This document shows, in pieces, positions 28,511 to 41,993 of a DNA stretch of 64,000 nt. Source of the DNA: Eledone cirrhosa (Eukaryota); contig OZ024743.1 of the NCBI GenBank assembly GCA_964016885.1, positions 306,838,001-306,902,000 of the forward strand, in the 5' to 3' direction. Within the stretch, counting starts at the first letter, position 1; each line of letters starts with the position of its first letter. Under the pieces are notes generated by a model. That model was given only the letters and a program-made list of their open reading frames with translations. It was not told the DNA's origin and did no database searches. The position numbers and the translations under genes were made by a program.

Positions 28511-30389
28511 TTACCTTTTCGTTTCCTGGAGATCGGGTTGTTCAATCTCCATTTGGGTGCTGGATGGGGTGTTGGGTGGGGTGGGGAAACCTTTCAACAG
28601 GACGCGGTTGATGGGTTTGTGGCAGGGGTTGCCCACGTCCTGTGAAAATTTAATTTTCAGGTCTTTATAGGTTTCCATAGAAACCCTTATAAGTTTAAGG
28701 TGTGGAGACGATTCTGCCTTGACGAAAGTTTTGCCCTCCGTCTCCACCTTGGGGTTTTGGGAGATGACCTCCATCAAACTCTTGTTGTTTGTGTTGATGT
28801 ATGCGTATTGTTGTTTGTGTTTTTGTTGTATTGTTTTAGTTTGTTGTTCATCTGGGAGTTTTCTTTTTATGGTGGGTGCTTGTGTTTGGGGTGGTGTTGG
28901 TGCTGGTTTTGCTGATAGGGGGGTGTTTGACTGTGGTGTTGTTTGTGTTGTTGTTTGTGTCTGTGGTTGTGTGTTGGTGTTGGTGATTGGAGTTTTGGGG
29001 GTTTTGTGGTGTCTCTTTTTTGTTTTTTGGATTTCCGCGGTTCTCCCTCTTCTTCACTTAAAGAAGGAGAAGCAGCTTCATCCGTCGATGAATAATCATC
29101 GTCAGGTGTGTGGGGTAAGGGTATGTTGTGTGGTGGTGGTGGTGTTTCGTTATGTGTGTTTGTGGTAGTGTTTGATGGAGTGGGATGGAGTGGGGATGTG
29201 TTCTTCAGGGGTGTTGTCTCTGTTTTTTCTGTTGTTGTTGGTTGAGTGTCTGTTTGTTTTGGTGTGGTTGCTCGTTTCGTCTGTCGTTGTACTTGTGGTG
29301 GTGGTGGTGGTTGTTTTGGTGTTGGTGTTGGTAATAGCGTTTTTTTTATGATGTTGCTGTTGTGTGTTTGTGGACAAGAGGCTTTTAGGTGAGATGTGCT
29401 ACCACAGCGAAAGCAGTGAAATTTTCTTCCTTCTACCGAAATGTTTATTTTGTTGTTATTATCAATAACGACTCTTTCGGGTATTTTGGAGATTCTCTCC
29501 GGTTTCATTTGCAACAGAATCTCCAAATCGGTGCCCGCCCACCTTTGTCGAATGGATTTTCGTATCGAAAGTATTATGTCTGTTTCTGGCTCTACGAAGC
29601 CAGCCAAGATCCACCAGATGTTAATGCTTGGAGGTATGTTTTTTATTTTTATTTTTTGTGTCCTTTTCCCCATGTATGTAGGGAAAAAGGTGTATGCTTT
29701 TGACACTATTGGTGTCACAGAGTTTTTTGGGGCCAGTGTCTCGCTTTTAAACAGTACGGAAACGCTTCCGTACTGTTTTCCTCGCTGGAGAAAATCGACA
29801 TTTGCTAGAATCTCCTTGAAAGAATCTTCTATATCTGACTGATTAACAAATGTCGGTTTTCTTGACGAATTTGACACAGTCCTAAAAGTGACTGATCGGC
29901 GGTTTGTGTCTTCCTTTATTTCAAGGGGTGAGTTAATTCTAAACCCACCTCTTTCTTCGAAAGTTACAAATTTTCTCCCTTGCTGGAGCATATCTCTTGC
30001 GTTGGAGATATCAAGATTTATAAAATCTTGTTTCTTGTTGACTGTGTCAGCAAAAGACATTTTCTTTTTTTTGTGTGTTGTTGTTGTTGATAATGATGTT
30101 ATCGTTGTTGGAAATTTTATGTGTAGATGTATCTGTAGAGTTGTTGATGTCTTTTTCATGTGTATGTATGTCAATGGGTTTTTTTTGCCGTGTTTTCCCG
30201 TGTGTTATTGTCATTTTTCTCCGCTTCGGCGGTAGAAATTGTAACATTTTCAAATGTTGATATATTTTTTTCTTTTGTGACAGTATCTATGGCAACGTCC
30301 ATAGCAGCAGAAGCAGATATAACGTTAATATCTGCCTCTTTCTCTCTCTTTTCACTATTAACGTTCTCCAGCGTTCTAGTGTTGCTCAA
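28511..30389 (-). pseudogene. Element A ORF1 (gag-like, CCHC zinc knuckle), frameshifted
   Basis: CFRCGSTSHLKASC; Pro/Thr-rich linker; conserved C-terminal block in ORF 28511-28777; homologous to ORF1 of elements C and D. Confidence 0.85.
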
Positions 30390-30600
30390 GTTTTTTTTTA
30401 CTTTGTAAAATTTGATATTTTAAGACAAACTTTTAAATAAAATTTTCGCCCCTAGAGGGGCGAAAAATGGGATTACCACCCAGCTGACAATTCAGCTTGG
30501 GGGTTAATCTACAAAGTGTTGTATTTTTTTCAAACAATTAGATCGGTTTTTTGCATAGAAATTAACAAAAAACTTACCGGCGATATTCCACACGTTAGAC

Positions 30601-30673
<73 letters not shown>

Positions 30674-31011
30674 TCTTTATTTGCCACAGGGGGCGTTCAG
30701 AAATTGGACGTTACAAGACGTGACGGCACGGTTTCGATGTCCTGCTCGCATCTTGGACAGGACCTTTTGGCACGATCTCTGCCAGGGCGTCCGTGCCTGT
30801 AGATTTTGTCTCGAACTGGTAGAGCTCCTCGGTAGCACTGCCAGGCCAGAGACCCCTGGAAGTTAACCATAGGCCGTGGACGGAAAGTCCTCCCGAACAG
30901 ACTGGTCAGTTCGTCCTCCTTGATGCCTAGAGTTTCTCCGAGAACGTCGTCGCAATTATCCTCCACTAATCCCCTATAGAATGTCGGAGTGGAGTCTCCG
31001 CTGATTGCCGT
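30674..31011 (-). mobile_element. Tx1 fragment B: 3' terminus joined to an internal ORF2 piece
   Basis: ...cctgtggcaAATAAAga(tatc)n end fused to SLAWQCYRGALPVRDK...CPRC sequence; (GATA)n on both sides. Confidence 0.85.
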
Positions 31012-31038
31012 TTAGATAGATAGATAGATAGACAGATA

Positions 31039-34000
31039 TGTTTCTTTATTAGCCACAGGGGCACAAAAGAAGGGGACAAATACAAAGGGGGAAGTTTACA
31101 TACAATAAAAACGTGTAAAATCTTATCACAAATGCAATTGAAAAGTTAATCGAAAAGTTAATCGAAAAGTTAATAGGGGGAGACATTTCATATGGGTAAC
31201 ACATACCCCCGAAAAAATGTGCAACCCTCATCTCCAGGAGTACGAAGAGTTTGTACCCCTTTCCTCTCTTCCTCCTTTTCCTCGACCTACAGGCTGATAT
31301 AGAGAGAAGGCCCATTCACTCGGGCTATTCTCGCCACTTCCACCCACCTTTCATAAAACTTGCTGGGGTACAGCACCTCTCTCTCCATCCTGATTCTTCT
31401 TCCAAAGTGGTATTTGAAAAAAAGAATCAGTTGTTGGCCGGAGAGAAAGGTGTCTAACTTCAGCCCTTTTAACCTCGTCCACCATACAACCTCTTTCGCC
31501 ATAGCTATCACACAAAGGAAAACCGCTTCTCCTTCGTTTTTGAAGGAGGGTGGCGGTTTGATCATGACAATGGACTCGGTGGTCAACCGGATTGGTCCCA
31601 CCCGCGACAATAGTCGTTCTACATATCCCCACAGGTCGGTAACGCCCGGACAGTGTATCAATGCGTGTGCGACGGTTTCTTCGTCGCGCACGCATCTCGG
31701 ACAGATCTTTCTCGAAGGGTCCCTGCCCGGGCGCCCATATCTGTAGAGCTTGCCTCGAACTGGTAGAGCTCCTTGGTAGCATTGCCAGGTCAGGGACATT
31801 TGGAAGTTGTCCACCAGTCCCGGGCGGAAGGTCCTACCGAACAGACTGGCCAGTTCGTCTTCCTCTACGCCCAGAGCTTCTCCGAGCGCGTCGTCGCACT
31901 TGCTGCAGATCAACCCTCTATAGAATGATGAAGTGGAGTCTCCACAGATCGCCGGGTCCGCCTGCCAGAGGGCTGTGAGCGCCTGAGCACATTCGATGTG
32001 CCAGTCGCCCATTTTCCTCGGTCTTTGCTTGACCCAGGACTGCAGCTCGGTCAGCGAGACGAGTCGTGGGAAGGCTCGCCTCACGAACGGGGCCCACACT
32101 GGTTGTCCAGTGAGGAATACGTAGATATGCCGCAGCCTGACCGCGTGTTTGCGCATCGTCAACCACGGCATCCCCAGCCCTCCGTTGGAAGGGTGTTGGC
32201 AGCAGATGGATCTTCTCACCAAAGGAGCCCGCTTCTTCCAAAGGAATTGGAAGAGCACGCACTCCATTTTGGTGAGCGTCTTGGCTGGACAAGGCACGAC
32301 GGTAAAGCGGTAGTAGATGACGGACGCTATAAAAGTGTTCGCCACCTCCGCTCAACCTTTCAAGGATAGTTTGCACTTCTGGGTGAGTGCAAACACCTTG
32401 GCCGTCACCTCGTTCCAGTTCTTCTCCACCTGGAGGTCCGGACCAAACCAGACCCCGAGCAGCTTTACCCGTCCTTCCGTCCAGCGTCCGACGACGCCAT
32501 CGGAAGGCATCGGTTTGTCTCTCCACGATCCGAATTGCAAACCGATGGACTTGTCCCGGTTCAGCTTCGCTCCTGTGAACCTTTCGTATTCCTTCAGTAA
32601 GGTGCCAACTTCCTCGATTTGCGAGGTGCTTTGACACCATTACTGTCTCGTCGTCGGCGTAGGCCGACGTCGCAGTCCCGGTTCCAGAGGGATGCCCTGC
32701 AATAGCTCCAACTTCCGCAGTAGTGGCTCGAGAGTCAGTACGTACAGAAGGGAGGAGAGAGCGCGTCCCTGTAGAATGGATCGCATGATAGGGAACGGCT
32801 CCGAGAGGTAGCCGTTCACCTTGACCCTTGCGCAGATGTTGCTGTTGTGCATTGCAGCAATTCAGCCCCTGAACACGGGTCCGAAGCCTGCCGCCTGGAG
32901 CACCGCATCCAGGTAACGATGGTCAACCCTATCGAAAGCCTTAGACTGATCCAAGTTGATCAGGGCCCCACCGAAGCCGGGTTTACACCTTACCCTCTCT
33001 ATGATGTATCACATGAGGTGGAGGTTGTCGTGTATGAACCTGGTCGGGATTGCGCATGTCTGCGCTTCTCCCACCAGGTTTTCGACGAGAAGCGCCAGCC
33101 TCTTTGTCAACACCTTGGCCAAAATCTGTAACTCTGTGTTTAGCAGAGTTATGGGCCGGAAGTTGCCTATGTCATCCTCGTTATTCTCGTCCTTCCTGAA
33201 TAGTGTGACTACGATCATGGTCACAGAACTGGGAATTCTCCCGTTCTGCTGCCAGTTGCAGTAGACCGCTTCCAGGAGATCGCAGAACAAGTCCGACATT
33301 GCTACGTAAAATTCGAAGTATGGACCGAAATCCATAGTTCTCCCGGCGCGCCTCCCTGCCAGAACAGCTGAGCAAAGTGCCGCTGAAAGGCCGCGCACAT
33401 TCGGCTCACGTATCATGCGTCCGTCTTGGTCCTTCAAAGACCGAATCGTGGACTTGTCACCCGGACCCAGCTAACAGCTTCGGCTCCCTCGTTACCCAGA
33501 GCACGTATTTTGCTTCTGACAACGCAGCCCTCGTGCTTTGCGTCGAAAAACTGGTCCAAGGCCGTTCTCGTTGCTAGCAAGCTGGCTACGTTGCCACTTC
33601 TAATTGCCTCTTCTACTTTATCTATCAGTTCCTTCTCGGTCCTATTTCTATTTAACGCTAATTCTTTACTAAAAACTAACGAGTCTAATCTAACTGCCCT
33701 CTTGAGAGAGTACCACCATCTGTTGTTGACAATGGCCCCTGTCAAGTTCTGTTTAACTAAAGTGCTAATCCGTCTACTGTTGTCTTTGCATGTCGGTAAC
33801 GACAAGTTCAGCTTCCAGTAGCCGGGTCCTTGTCTATGGGTTCTTTCAAAGTTGACCATTCAGGTCACTAGTTTGTCATCTGATTAGGCAAACATGAACA
33901 TTTGTGGACAGCTTAACATGTCCCTATCTTTATTTCTAACTAGAACCGTATCTAGGTACGATCTAGATGTTCCGCTAAGATTAGTCCACGTCCACAGTTG

Positions 34001-36386
34001 CACAGTCGGAAAATCTAGTCGATATCTATCGGCCAGGTCAAATCGGCCGATTAACTGTTTGAGGCTGTTACACCCCCCCCCCCCCTTTATCGGGACATGT
34101 TCCCACATAGTCCCAACGTGCATCTAAGATTCCATTCCAGTCCCCCACTAAAAGCAAGGAGCGGGACGTTCCCAGAAAAGTCTCTAGACGTTTGAAGAAG
34201 TCTGGCCGCGGTGTCCCGGATGGGGCATATGCGGCCACCAGCCTGAAGGCTCCACCTTCACTACCCTCAACGTCTAGGACCACCAGTCGACCCTCTGGGT
34301 CCAGATGTATCGTCTGTGTTACGAGGTCCAGGTGTTTCCGCCCCCACCTCCCGGCTGACAGAGAGATGCGTAGATCTCAAAGTCGTCGAAAATGGGGGCC
34401 AGCTATCGCTCGCTGTGGACCCTGGACTCGCAAATGGCTACTACATCCATACTGTGCGACCTGAGGACGTTTAAGAGTTTGCCCTGTTTCCAGGGAATCC
34501 CCAGGCCGCGTACATTCACACATCCAACTCTTATATTGGCCATGTTGGTGCTGAAAAGTTAAAGAAGAGGAAAAGAAATCACTCACCTCTTCGTCTCCTG
34601 GGGAACAGGCTGCACGATTTCCATGGGGGTGTTGGAGGGTTGTTTGGTAGGGTGGTGGTTCCTGGCGGGGTGGGGACGGAGATGTTTGGTGGGGAGGGAG
34701 TGTCTGGTAGGGTGGGAGTGTCCGGGGTAGGGTGTCTGGGGTGGGGGTGGGGAAACGTTTCAAGAGGACGCGGTTCGTTGGTTTAACACATATTCCCCAC
34801 GTCCTCAGCAAAGTTTTCCTTTAAGGACTTATAGGTGTCCGTAGGGACCCTAATCATCCTTAAATTAGGTTTATCTTTACATTTGGTCAAATATTTTCCT
34901 TCGGTTTCCACGGAAGGGTTTTTGGAGATGACCTCCATCAAGGTTTTATTGTCAGTGTTTATGTATGTATAATATTTTTGTGTTGTGTTAGTTTTTGTCT
35001 GTTGTTCTTGTGTGTTTTCGTTTTGTTGTGGGTATTTGTGTTTGGAGTGTTGTCATTGTTTTGTTTTCGGGAGGGGGGATTTTTGTTTGTAATGCTTGTG
35101 TTGTTTGTGTTGATGGTTGTGTGCTTGTTGCCTTTTTGTTCGTGTTATGTCTTTCTTTCTTTCTTTTTTTTTGGAGCGGAGGGGTTCTCCCTCATCATCA
35201 CTTAGTGATGACGAAGGGGCTTCGTCCGTTGTGGTGTCTGTTTGATTGAGGAGGGGTACGTTTTGGGGAGCTGTTGTGCTTGTGGGTGTTTTGGGAGTTG
35301 TTTTAGGTGGGGAGGGGTTGGGTGGGACTGTGTTTGCAGTTTGGTTTGTTTTTGTTATTTTTGTGTGTTGTTGTTGTTGTTGTTGTGGTGGTGGTGGTGG
35401 TGGTTGTGTTGTTGTGTTAGGTGTCGGCAGTAGTGCCTTTTTTTAATGAAGTTAATTGAGGACAGGAAGCCCTCAGGTGACCACTGCGTAAACAGAAATG
35501 TGTATGTAGGAATTTCCATCCAGAGGCACACGTTGTGGTATTCTAGCTATCCGTTCTGGTCTCATTTGGACCAGAACTTCTAAGCTTGTACCGTTGAATA
35601 TGCCCCTGGAGGACTTTCCTACCGAAATTATTGTATCTTCATCAAAATTGATGAAACCAGATGATGATCCACCAGATGTTTACATTTGGTGTGATATTTG
35701 TTACTCTTATTTTTTGGGTCCTTTTTCCCATATATGTGGGGGGAAAAGATGTAGAGGGGGGACACAATTGGCGACACAGAATATTTTTGTGCCGTCAATT
35801 GGTCTTTCATTAGCACCGAAATGCTTCCAAAAAGTTTACCTTTCTGGATGAAGGCAATATCCTTCATTGAATTTTTAAGAACCAGTTCAATTTCGTTTTG
35901 AGATAATTGGACTGGTTTTTTAGACACATTTGAAACTCCTAAAAATTATTGTTTTTAGGATAGTTTCTCTACGTAACTGTTGAGGAGAAGTGATGCTGAA
36001 AGCACCACTCTCACCAAAAGTAACATACTGCTTTGCATCACTTAACAGCTCCCTAGCATTGGAAATGTCAAGGTATGTAAACAGTTCTGTCTTTTGGACG
36101 GTTTGTGCGAAGGAAATCTTTTCCTTGTTTGTGGAGTTGTTCGTGTTGCTGTTGTTGTTGGTAGTGTTGTTGTTATCATTGTTAACACTCTTACTGCCTC
36201 TCCACCACTTCTAGTACTGGACGCGTCGTCCATGACTGAATGCAAAATTTGTTTACAATTTTTTTACACCGAAAAAATTTTTTAAAACGAAAATTTCACC
36301 CCAGGGAGGGGTGAAGATGAGTTGACCCACCGTCTGAAAGTCCAGACGTGGGGTCAAGCTATAAAATAGTATCAAATTTAACAATA
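31039..36386 (-). mobile_element. Near full-length, degenerate Tx1-type element C
   Basis: ORF2 from ATG at 34543 (MANIRVGCVNVRGLG) to stop at 31287, broken by several frameshifts and deletions. ORF1 remnants at 34583-36245. Conserved 3' end with AATAAA. Confidence 0.93.
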
Positions 36387-36387
36387 A

Positions 36388-36467
<80 letters not shown>

Positions 36468-36695
36468 ATTTCTATTTATTTGCCACGAGGGCACAAAAGA
36501 AGGGGACATTTACAGTGGGAGAGTTTACATAAATCGAGTAAAGAAAAAGGAATAACAATAATAATATAACAATAAAAAGTCCTCAAAAGGGAGGGGGCGT
36601 GTTGGGGATTGCACATACCCCCGAAAAGTGTGCAACTCTTTTCGCGGGGGAAGCCCAGAGAGGAGGCGCTCCCCCTTTCCTCTTCACTTCTTCAC

Positions 36696-39600
36696 CTACA
36701 GAACAATGTAGAGAGAAGGCCCATTTACACGGGCCATTCTCGCTTCTTTCACCCACCTTTCATAAAACTGTCTGGGGCCAAGCACTTCTCTCTCCATCCT
36801 GATCCTTCTTCCGAAGTGGTATCGGAAGAAGTAAACCAGGTGATGGCCGGAGAGAAAGTCACCCGACCTCAGACCTTTCAGGCGCGTCCACCACACAACC
36901 TCTTTCATCATGGCTATTACGCACAGAAAGACCGCCTCTGCTTCATTTCTGAAGGGAGGAGGCGGCTTGATGTTCACCACAGACTCAGCGGTTAATCGAA
37001 TCGGCGCAACACGCGACAGCAGTCGTTCGACGTAGCCCCACAGATCGGCAACGCCCGGGCAGTGTACCAGTGCATGCGCAACGGTTTCCTCGTCGCGCAC
37101 GCATCTGGGACATATCTTTTTCGCGGGATCCCTGCCCGGGCGCCCGTGTCTGTAGAGCTTTTCTCGAACGGGCAGAGCCCCCCGGTAACACTGCCAGGCT
37201 AGGGACCTCTGGAAGTTGTCCATGGGTCCCGGGCCGAAAGTTCTACCGAACAGGCTGGCCAGTTCGTCCTCCTCCATGCCTAGCGACTCTCCAAGGGTGT
37301 CGTCGCCCTTGCTAGCCACCAACCCTCTATAGAATGTCGAGGTGGATTCTCCACTGATAGTCGGGTCCGCTTGCTAGATAGCCGTGAGCGCCTGGGCACA
37401 CTCGGTGTGCCAGTTGCCCAGTTTTCTCGGTCTTTGCTTCACCCAGGATTGCAGTTCGGTGAGCGAGACGAGCTGTGGGAAGGCTCGCCTCACAAACAGG
37501 GCCCACACCGGCTGACCGTTGAGGAATACCTGTAGATGCCGTAGCCTCAATGCGTGCCTACGCATCAACAGCCACGGCATACCCAGCCCTCCTTTCGAAG
37601 GGTGCTGGCAGCAGATGGATCTCCTCACCATGGGAGGCCGCTTCTTCCAGAGTAACTGGAAGAGCATGCGTTCCATGATGGTGAGCTTTTCCTTGGGGCA
37701 AGGCACGACGGTCAGGCGGTAGTAGATGACGGACGCTATGTAAGCGTTCGTCACCTCCGCCCGACCTTTCAGTGATAGTTTGCACTTGGCCCACTTCTGG
37801 GTCAGCGCAAACACCCTGCTCGTCACCTCGCCCCAATTCTTCTCCACCTGGAGGTCCGGTCCGAACCAGACCCCGAGCAGCTTCACCGGGCCCTCCGTCC
37901 ACCGCCCGACGACACCGTCTAACGGTATCGGTTTGCCCCTCCACGTTCCGAGTTGCAAACCGACTGACTTGTCCTGGTTCAGCCTAGCCCCCGTCAGCCT
38001 TTCGTATTCCTCCAGTAGGGTGGCGATCGCCCCGATTTCCGAGGCGTCCGCCACCATTACTGTTACGTCGTCGGCATAGGCCGAGACCGCTTTGTGCAAT
38101 CCCGGTTCCAGGGGTATGCCCCGCAGCAACTCCAACTTCCGCAGCAGTGGCTCGAGAGTCAATACGTACAGAAGGGAGGAGAGGGGGCACCCCTGTCTGA
38201 TGGACCGGGTGATTTGAAACGGCTCCGAGAGGTAGCCGTTTACTTTAATCCTAGAGTAGATGTTGCCACTGTGCATGGCAGAAATCCAGCCCCTGAAAAC
38301 GGGTCCGAAGCCCGCCGCCGCTAGCACCGCATCCAGGTAACCATGGTCGACCCTATCGAACGCCTTAGATTGATCCAAGTTGATCAGGGCCCCACCAAAG
38401 CCGGGTTCGTTGCCAACCCTCTCTATGATGTATCGCATGAGGTGGAGGTTGTCGTGAATGGACCTGGACGGGATAGCGCATGTCTGCGCGTCTCCCACCA
38501 AACCACCCACCACAAGCGCCAACCTCTTCGCCAACACCTTGGCCAAAATCTGTAACTCTGCATTCAGCAGAGTTATGGGCCTGAAGTTACTTAAGTCGTC
38601 CCCCTTGCTCTCGTCCCTCCTGACTAGCGTGACCACGCCCTTGGTCACAGAACAGGGAATTCTCCCGTTCTGTTGCCAGTTGCAATAGACAGCCTCGAGG
38701 AGTTCGGAGAACAAGACCAGCATAGCTAAATAAAGTTCGTATGGTAGACCATCGAGACCCGGAGATTTGCGTCTGCTGCATTGGCTGAGCGCTTCCCCGA
38801 TTTCAGTGGCTGTGATTGGCCTTTCGCAGCACTCCGCTTCGCCGCTCGAAAGACGCGGTAGACCGTCGAGGTATGGACCGAAGTCCACATCCCCGTCCGG
38901 CCCCCCGCCCCCTCCGAACAGTCGAGCAAAGTGCCTTTGAAAGGCCTCGCACATCCGCTCAGGTTCAAGGATCACCCGTCCATCCTGGTCTCGCAAAGAC
39001 CGAATGGTGGATTTAATCCCACTCTTGGCTTCTGTCGCGCGGGCCCAGCTAACAGCTTTGGTCCCCTCGTTTCCTAAAGCACGTATTTTACTTCGGACAA
39101 CGCAGCCTTCGTGCTTCGCGTCAAAGAACTGGCTCAACGCCGTTCTCGCCGCTAACACTCTGGCTACGTCTCCGCTCCTAATCGCCTCTTCTAGTTTATC
39201 TGTTAACTCCCTTTCCTTCCTATTTCTATTCACCGCTAGTTCCTTACTGTAACCTATCGAACTTACTCTAATCTCTCTCTTTAGAGATACCCACCACCTA
39301 CTGTTGACGATCGCTCCCGTCAACCGCATCTTAACTAAGCTACTAATCCGGTTCCTGTAATCTTTCTTTGCCGGCAAGGACAAGTTCATCTTCCAGTAAC
39401 CGGGACCCTGTCTATGCGTTCTATCAAGGTTGACCACGCAGGTCACTAATTTGTGATCTGAATAGCCAACCATGATCAATTCTGGACAACTAAATACGTC
39501 CCTATCCTTACTCCTAACCAAAAACCTATCTAGGTACGATCTAGATTGTCCACTGCGGTTTGCGCAGGTCCAGGTTGGCGCAGTTGGACAATCTAGTCGA

Positions 39601-40134
39601 AATCTATCGACCAGGTCGAATCGATCGAGTAACCCCTTGAGGCTGCTACACCCCCGTTCTATCGGGACATGCCCCTGCATAGTCCCAACGCGCATCTAGG
39701 ATTCCATTCCAGTCCCCCACTAAAAGCAGGGAACGCGACGTTCCTAGAAAAGTTTCCAGACGCTGGAAGAAGTCGGTTCTTTCCGCCCCGAAGGTGGCAT
39801 AAAGACCGACCAGTCTGAAAGCCCCGCCTTCACCGCCCCCGACGTCCAGCACCAGTAATCGACCCTCCGGGTCCGAGTGAACAATCTGTACGTCGAGAGC
39901 CAGACGTTTATCCAGCAGTACGGCAACCCCCCCCCCGCCTCCGGGTTGACAGAGAGATGCGTGCATCTCAAAGTCATCGAAGGCGGGCGCCAGCTGTCTC
40001 ACGCTGCTGATCCGACTCTCGCAAACAACCATCACATCTATACTTTGTGACCTGAGGTCATTTAGAAGCTTTGCTTGCTTCCAAGTTGAGCCCAGGCCAC
40101 GCGCGTTCAAACAGCCAACTCTCAATTGATCTAT
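36696..40134 (-). pseudogene. Element D ORF2 (APE endonuclease + RT), one frameshift, one stop, start apparently ATG>ATA
   Basis: Endonuclease ORF 39646-40125; extra G in a G-run near 39655; RT ORF 37374-39695 (YADD); TAG at 37374 where A and C have Trp; in-frame continuation 36696-37322. Confidence 0.92.
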
Positions 40135-41993
40135 TTTGGTGTTGAAAGTGAAGAAAGAAAAGCACCTACCTCTCCGGGTTGTGTAATTTCCATGGCATCA
40201 GGTGTGTTGGGTGGAGGGATGTTTTGTGGTAGTGTGGGGGTACCCGTGTGTGGTGGGGTTGGGGTATTTGGAGTTGTGTCAGGGAGAGGGGCGGTTATGG
40301 GGAAATCTTTCAAGAGGACGCGATTTAACGGTTTTAAACAGGGGGGGCTCACGTCTCGTCTAAATTGTTCTTTTAAGGAACGATAAAGGTCCAGAGGGAC
40401 CTTTATCATTTTTAAATGGGTGAAGTTCTCTGTTGAGATAAAGTTTGGCCCTTCGGTCTGCACCATAGGGTTATTGTTTATTAATTTAACCAGTTTTTTG
40501 TTTTCTTTATTTATATATGTGTATTGCAACGTCTTTTTTTTGTGATGCTGTCAATGTTTCGGAGAGGGGAGGCGCAGATTTATTTTTGTTTGTTGAGGGT
40601 GGGGTGTTTTTGATTGGAGTTGGTGTTTGTGTGTGGGTTATTTGTGGTGTGCTGGGTGTGTGTTTTCTTTTTTTTCTTTTAACTTGTCTGAAGGCTTCTC
40701 CTCCTTCTTCTTCAGAAGTTGGGGGAAACTCTTCAGCGCTAGGTGGGAGGGACGTGTTGTGTGGTTGTTTTTTTTTTGCGGGAGGGGTAGATTTGTTACT
40801 GTTTTTTTTATTATTTGTTTGGAATGGGTTTTGTGGTGGTGGTGGTAATGTTTGTGTTGTGCTTGTGGTTGGTGATGGTGGTGGTGATGTTTGTGTTGTG
40901 GTTGGTGGTGGTGGTTTTTGTGTCGTGCTTGTGTTTGGTGATGGTGGTGGTGATGTTTGTGTTGTGTTTGTGGTTGGTGGTGTCTGTATTTTGTTTGCTG
41001 TGTGTGGTATTAGTGTATTTTTGGAGGTGGGTGGTGTTGGTGTACTGTTTGTGGTGGGTGTGGGCAATAGTCCTTTTTGGGGGATACGTTTCGGGCAGTT
41101 AGCCTTAACGTGTCCCCTTTCCATGCATAAATAGCATGCTGGTCTTCTCCCCTCTACAATTATGTCTATTGGGGTAAGGTCATCCAGCCAGATGCGATCC
41201 GGGATTTGTGCTATTCTTTCGGGCCTCATTTGGACTAGTATGTCGAGGCCCATTCCCAGGAACGCATCTCCAGTTGCCTTCCCCATTGACAGCATTGTGT
41301 CTTCGCCCATATCTATGAAGCCAGCAATAGCCCACCAGAAGTCCATTGTGGGCAGCATTGTTTTTACTTTTACTCTCTGTGTTCTTCTACCCATGTAGGA
41401 GGGATAGAAGCTGTATGTTGTCGATGAGAGTGGGCTTAGGGAAAGCTTCTCCGCCGTTTCCTTGTCTTTTGTTAGGACCGAAATGCTGCCATAGAGTCGG
41501 TCCTTTCGTATGAAGAGAATATTCTTCATATAGTCTTTTAGGACCAACTCTATCTCCATTTGGCTGGGCTGTGCTGGCTTTCTTGTTTGGTTTAGAATTG
41601 TTCTGAAGAGAACTGTGTTCTCTGTTCTGGCTTTCTTGAATTCTGGGGGGGGGAGTTAATGGAAAACATTCCGTTCTCCCCCAAGACTATTTGTTTTTTC
41701 GCTTCGGCCAGTTTTTCTCTGGCGGCAGTTAGGTTAATTGGTATGTATGTAATGGATTGTTTTGTTTTCTGGGCGAAAGTTGCCCTGTTGTTATTTGTAT
41801 TATTTTCTGTTTGTTTGTTTTCCGTTTGCTCATTTTCCTTAACATTTGTTTTTTCATTTTCTTTGTTTGTTTCGTTGTCTAATTTTGTTGTAATTATTTT
41901 TTGTTCTTCAGACTGGGGGGGCGTGGCAGAGCTAATGGCAGACATGTCTGCCATCTTTTCCGCCATGCTGCCAAGAAAGAAATTTTTCGGCAA
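40131..41993 (-). pseudogene. Element D ORF1 (gag-like, CCHC), frameshifts near homopolymers
   Basis: Homology to element A ORF1 (FSINSP, F(F/Y)P(T/S)YMG(K/R)RTQ, VEGR..C..C); frame breaks near the runs at ~41645 and ~40535. Confidence 0.85.

Larger units (their letters stand above)
24790..30604 (-). mobile_element. Full-length Tx1-type (L1 clade) non-LTR retrotransposon, element A (~5.8 kb)
   Basis: ORF1 with CCHC knuckle; ORF2 with APE endonuclease, RT and C-terminal zinc motif; 3' AATAAA followed by (TCTA)n; (GATA)n on both sides. Confidence 0.95.

Noticed and set aside
24978-41398. Plus-strand ORFs overlapping the Tx1 elements
   Set aside because: Antisense shadows of ORF1/ORF2 with no independent motif.
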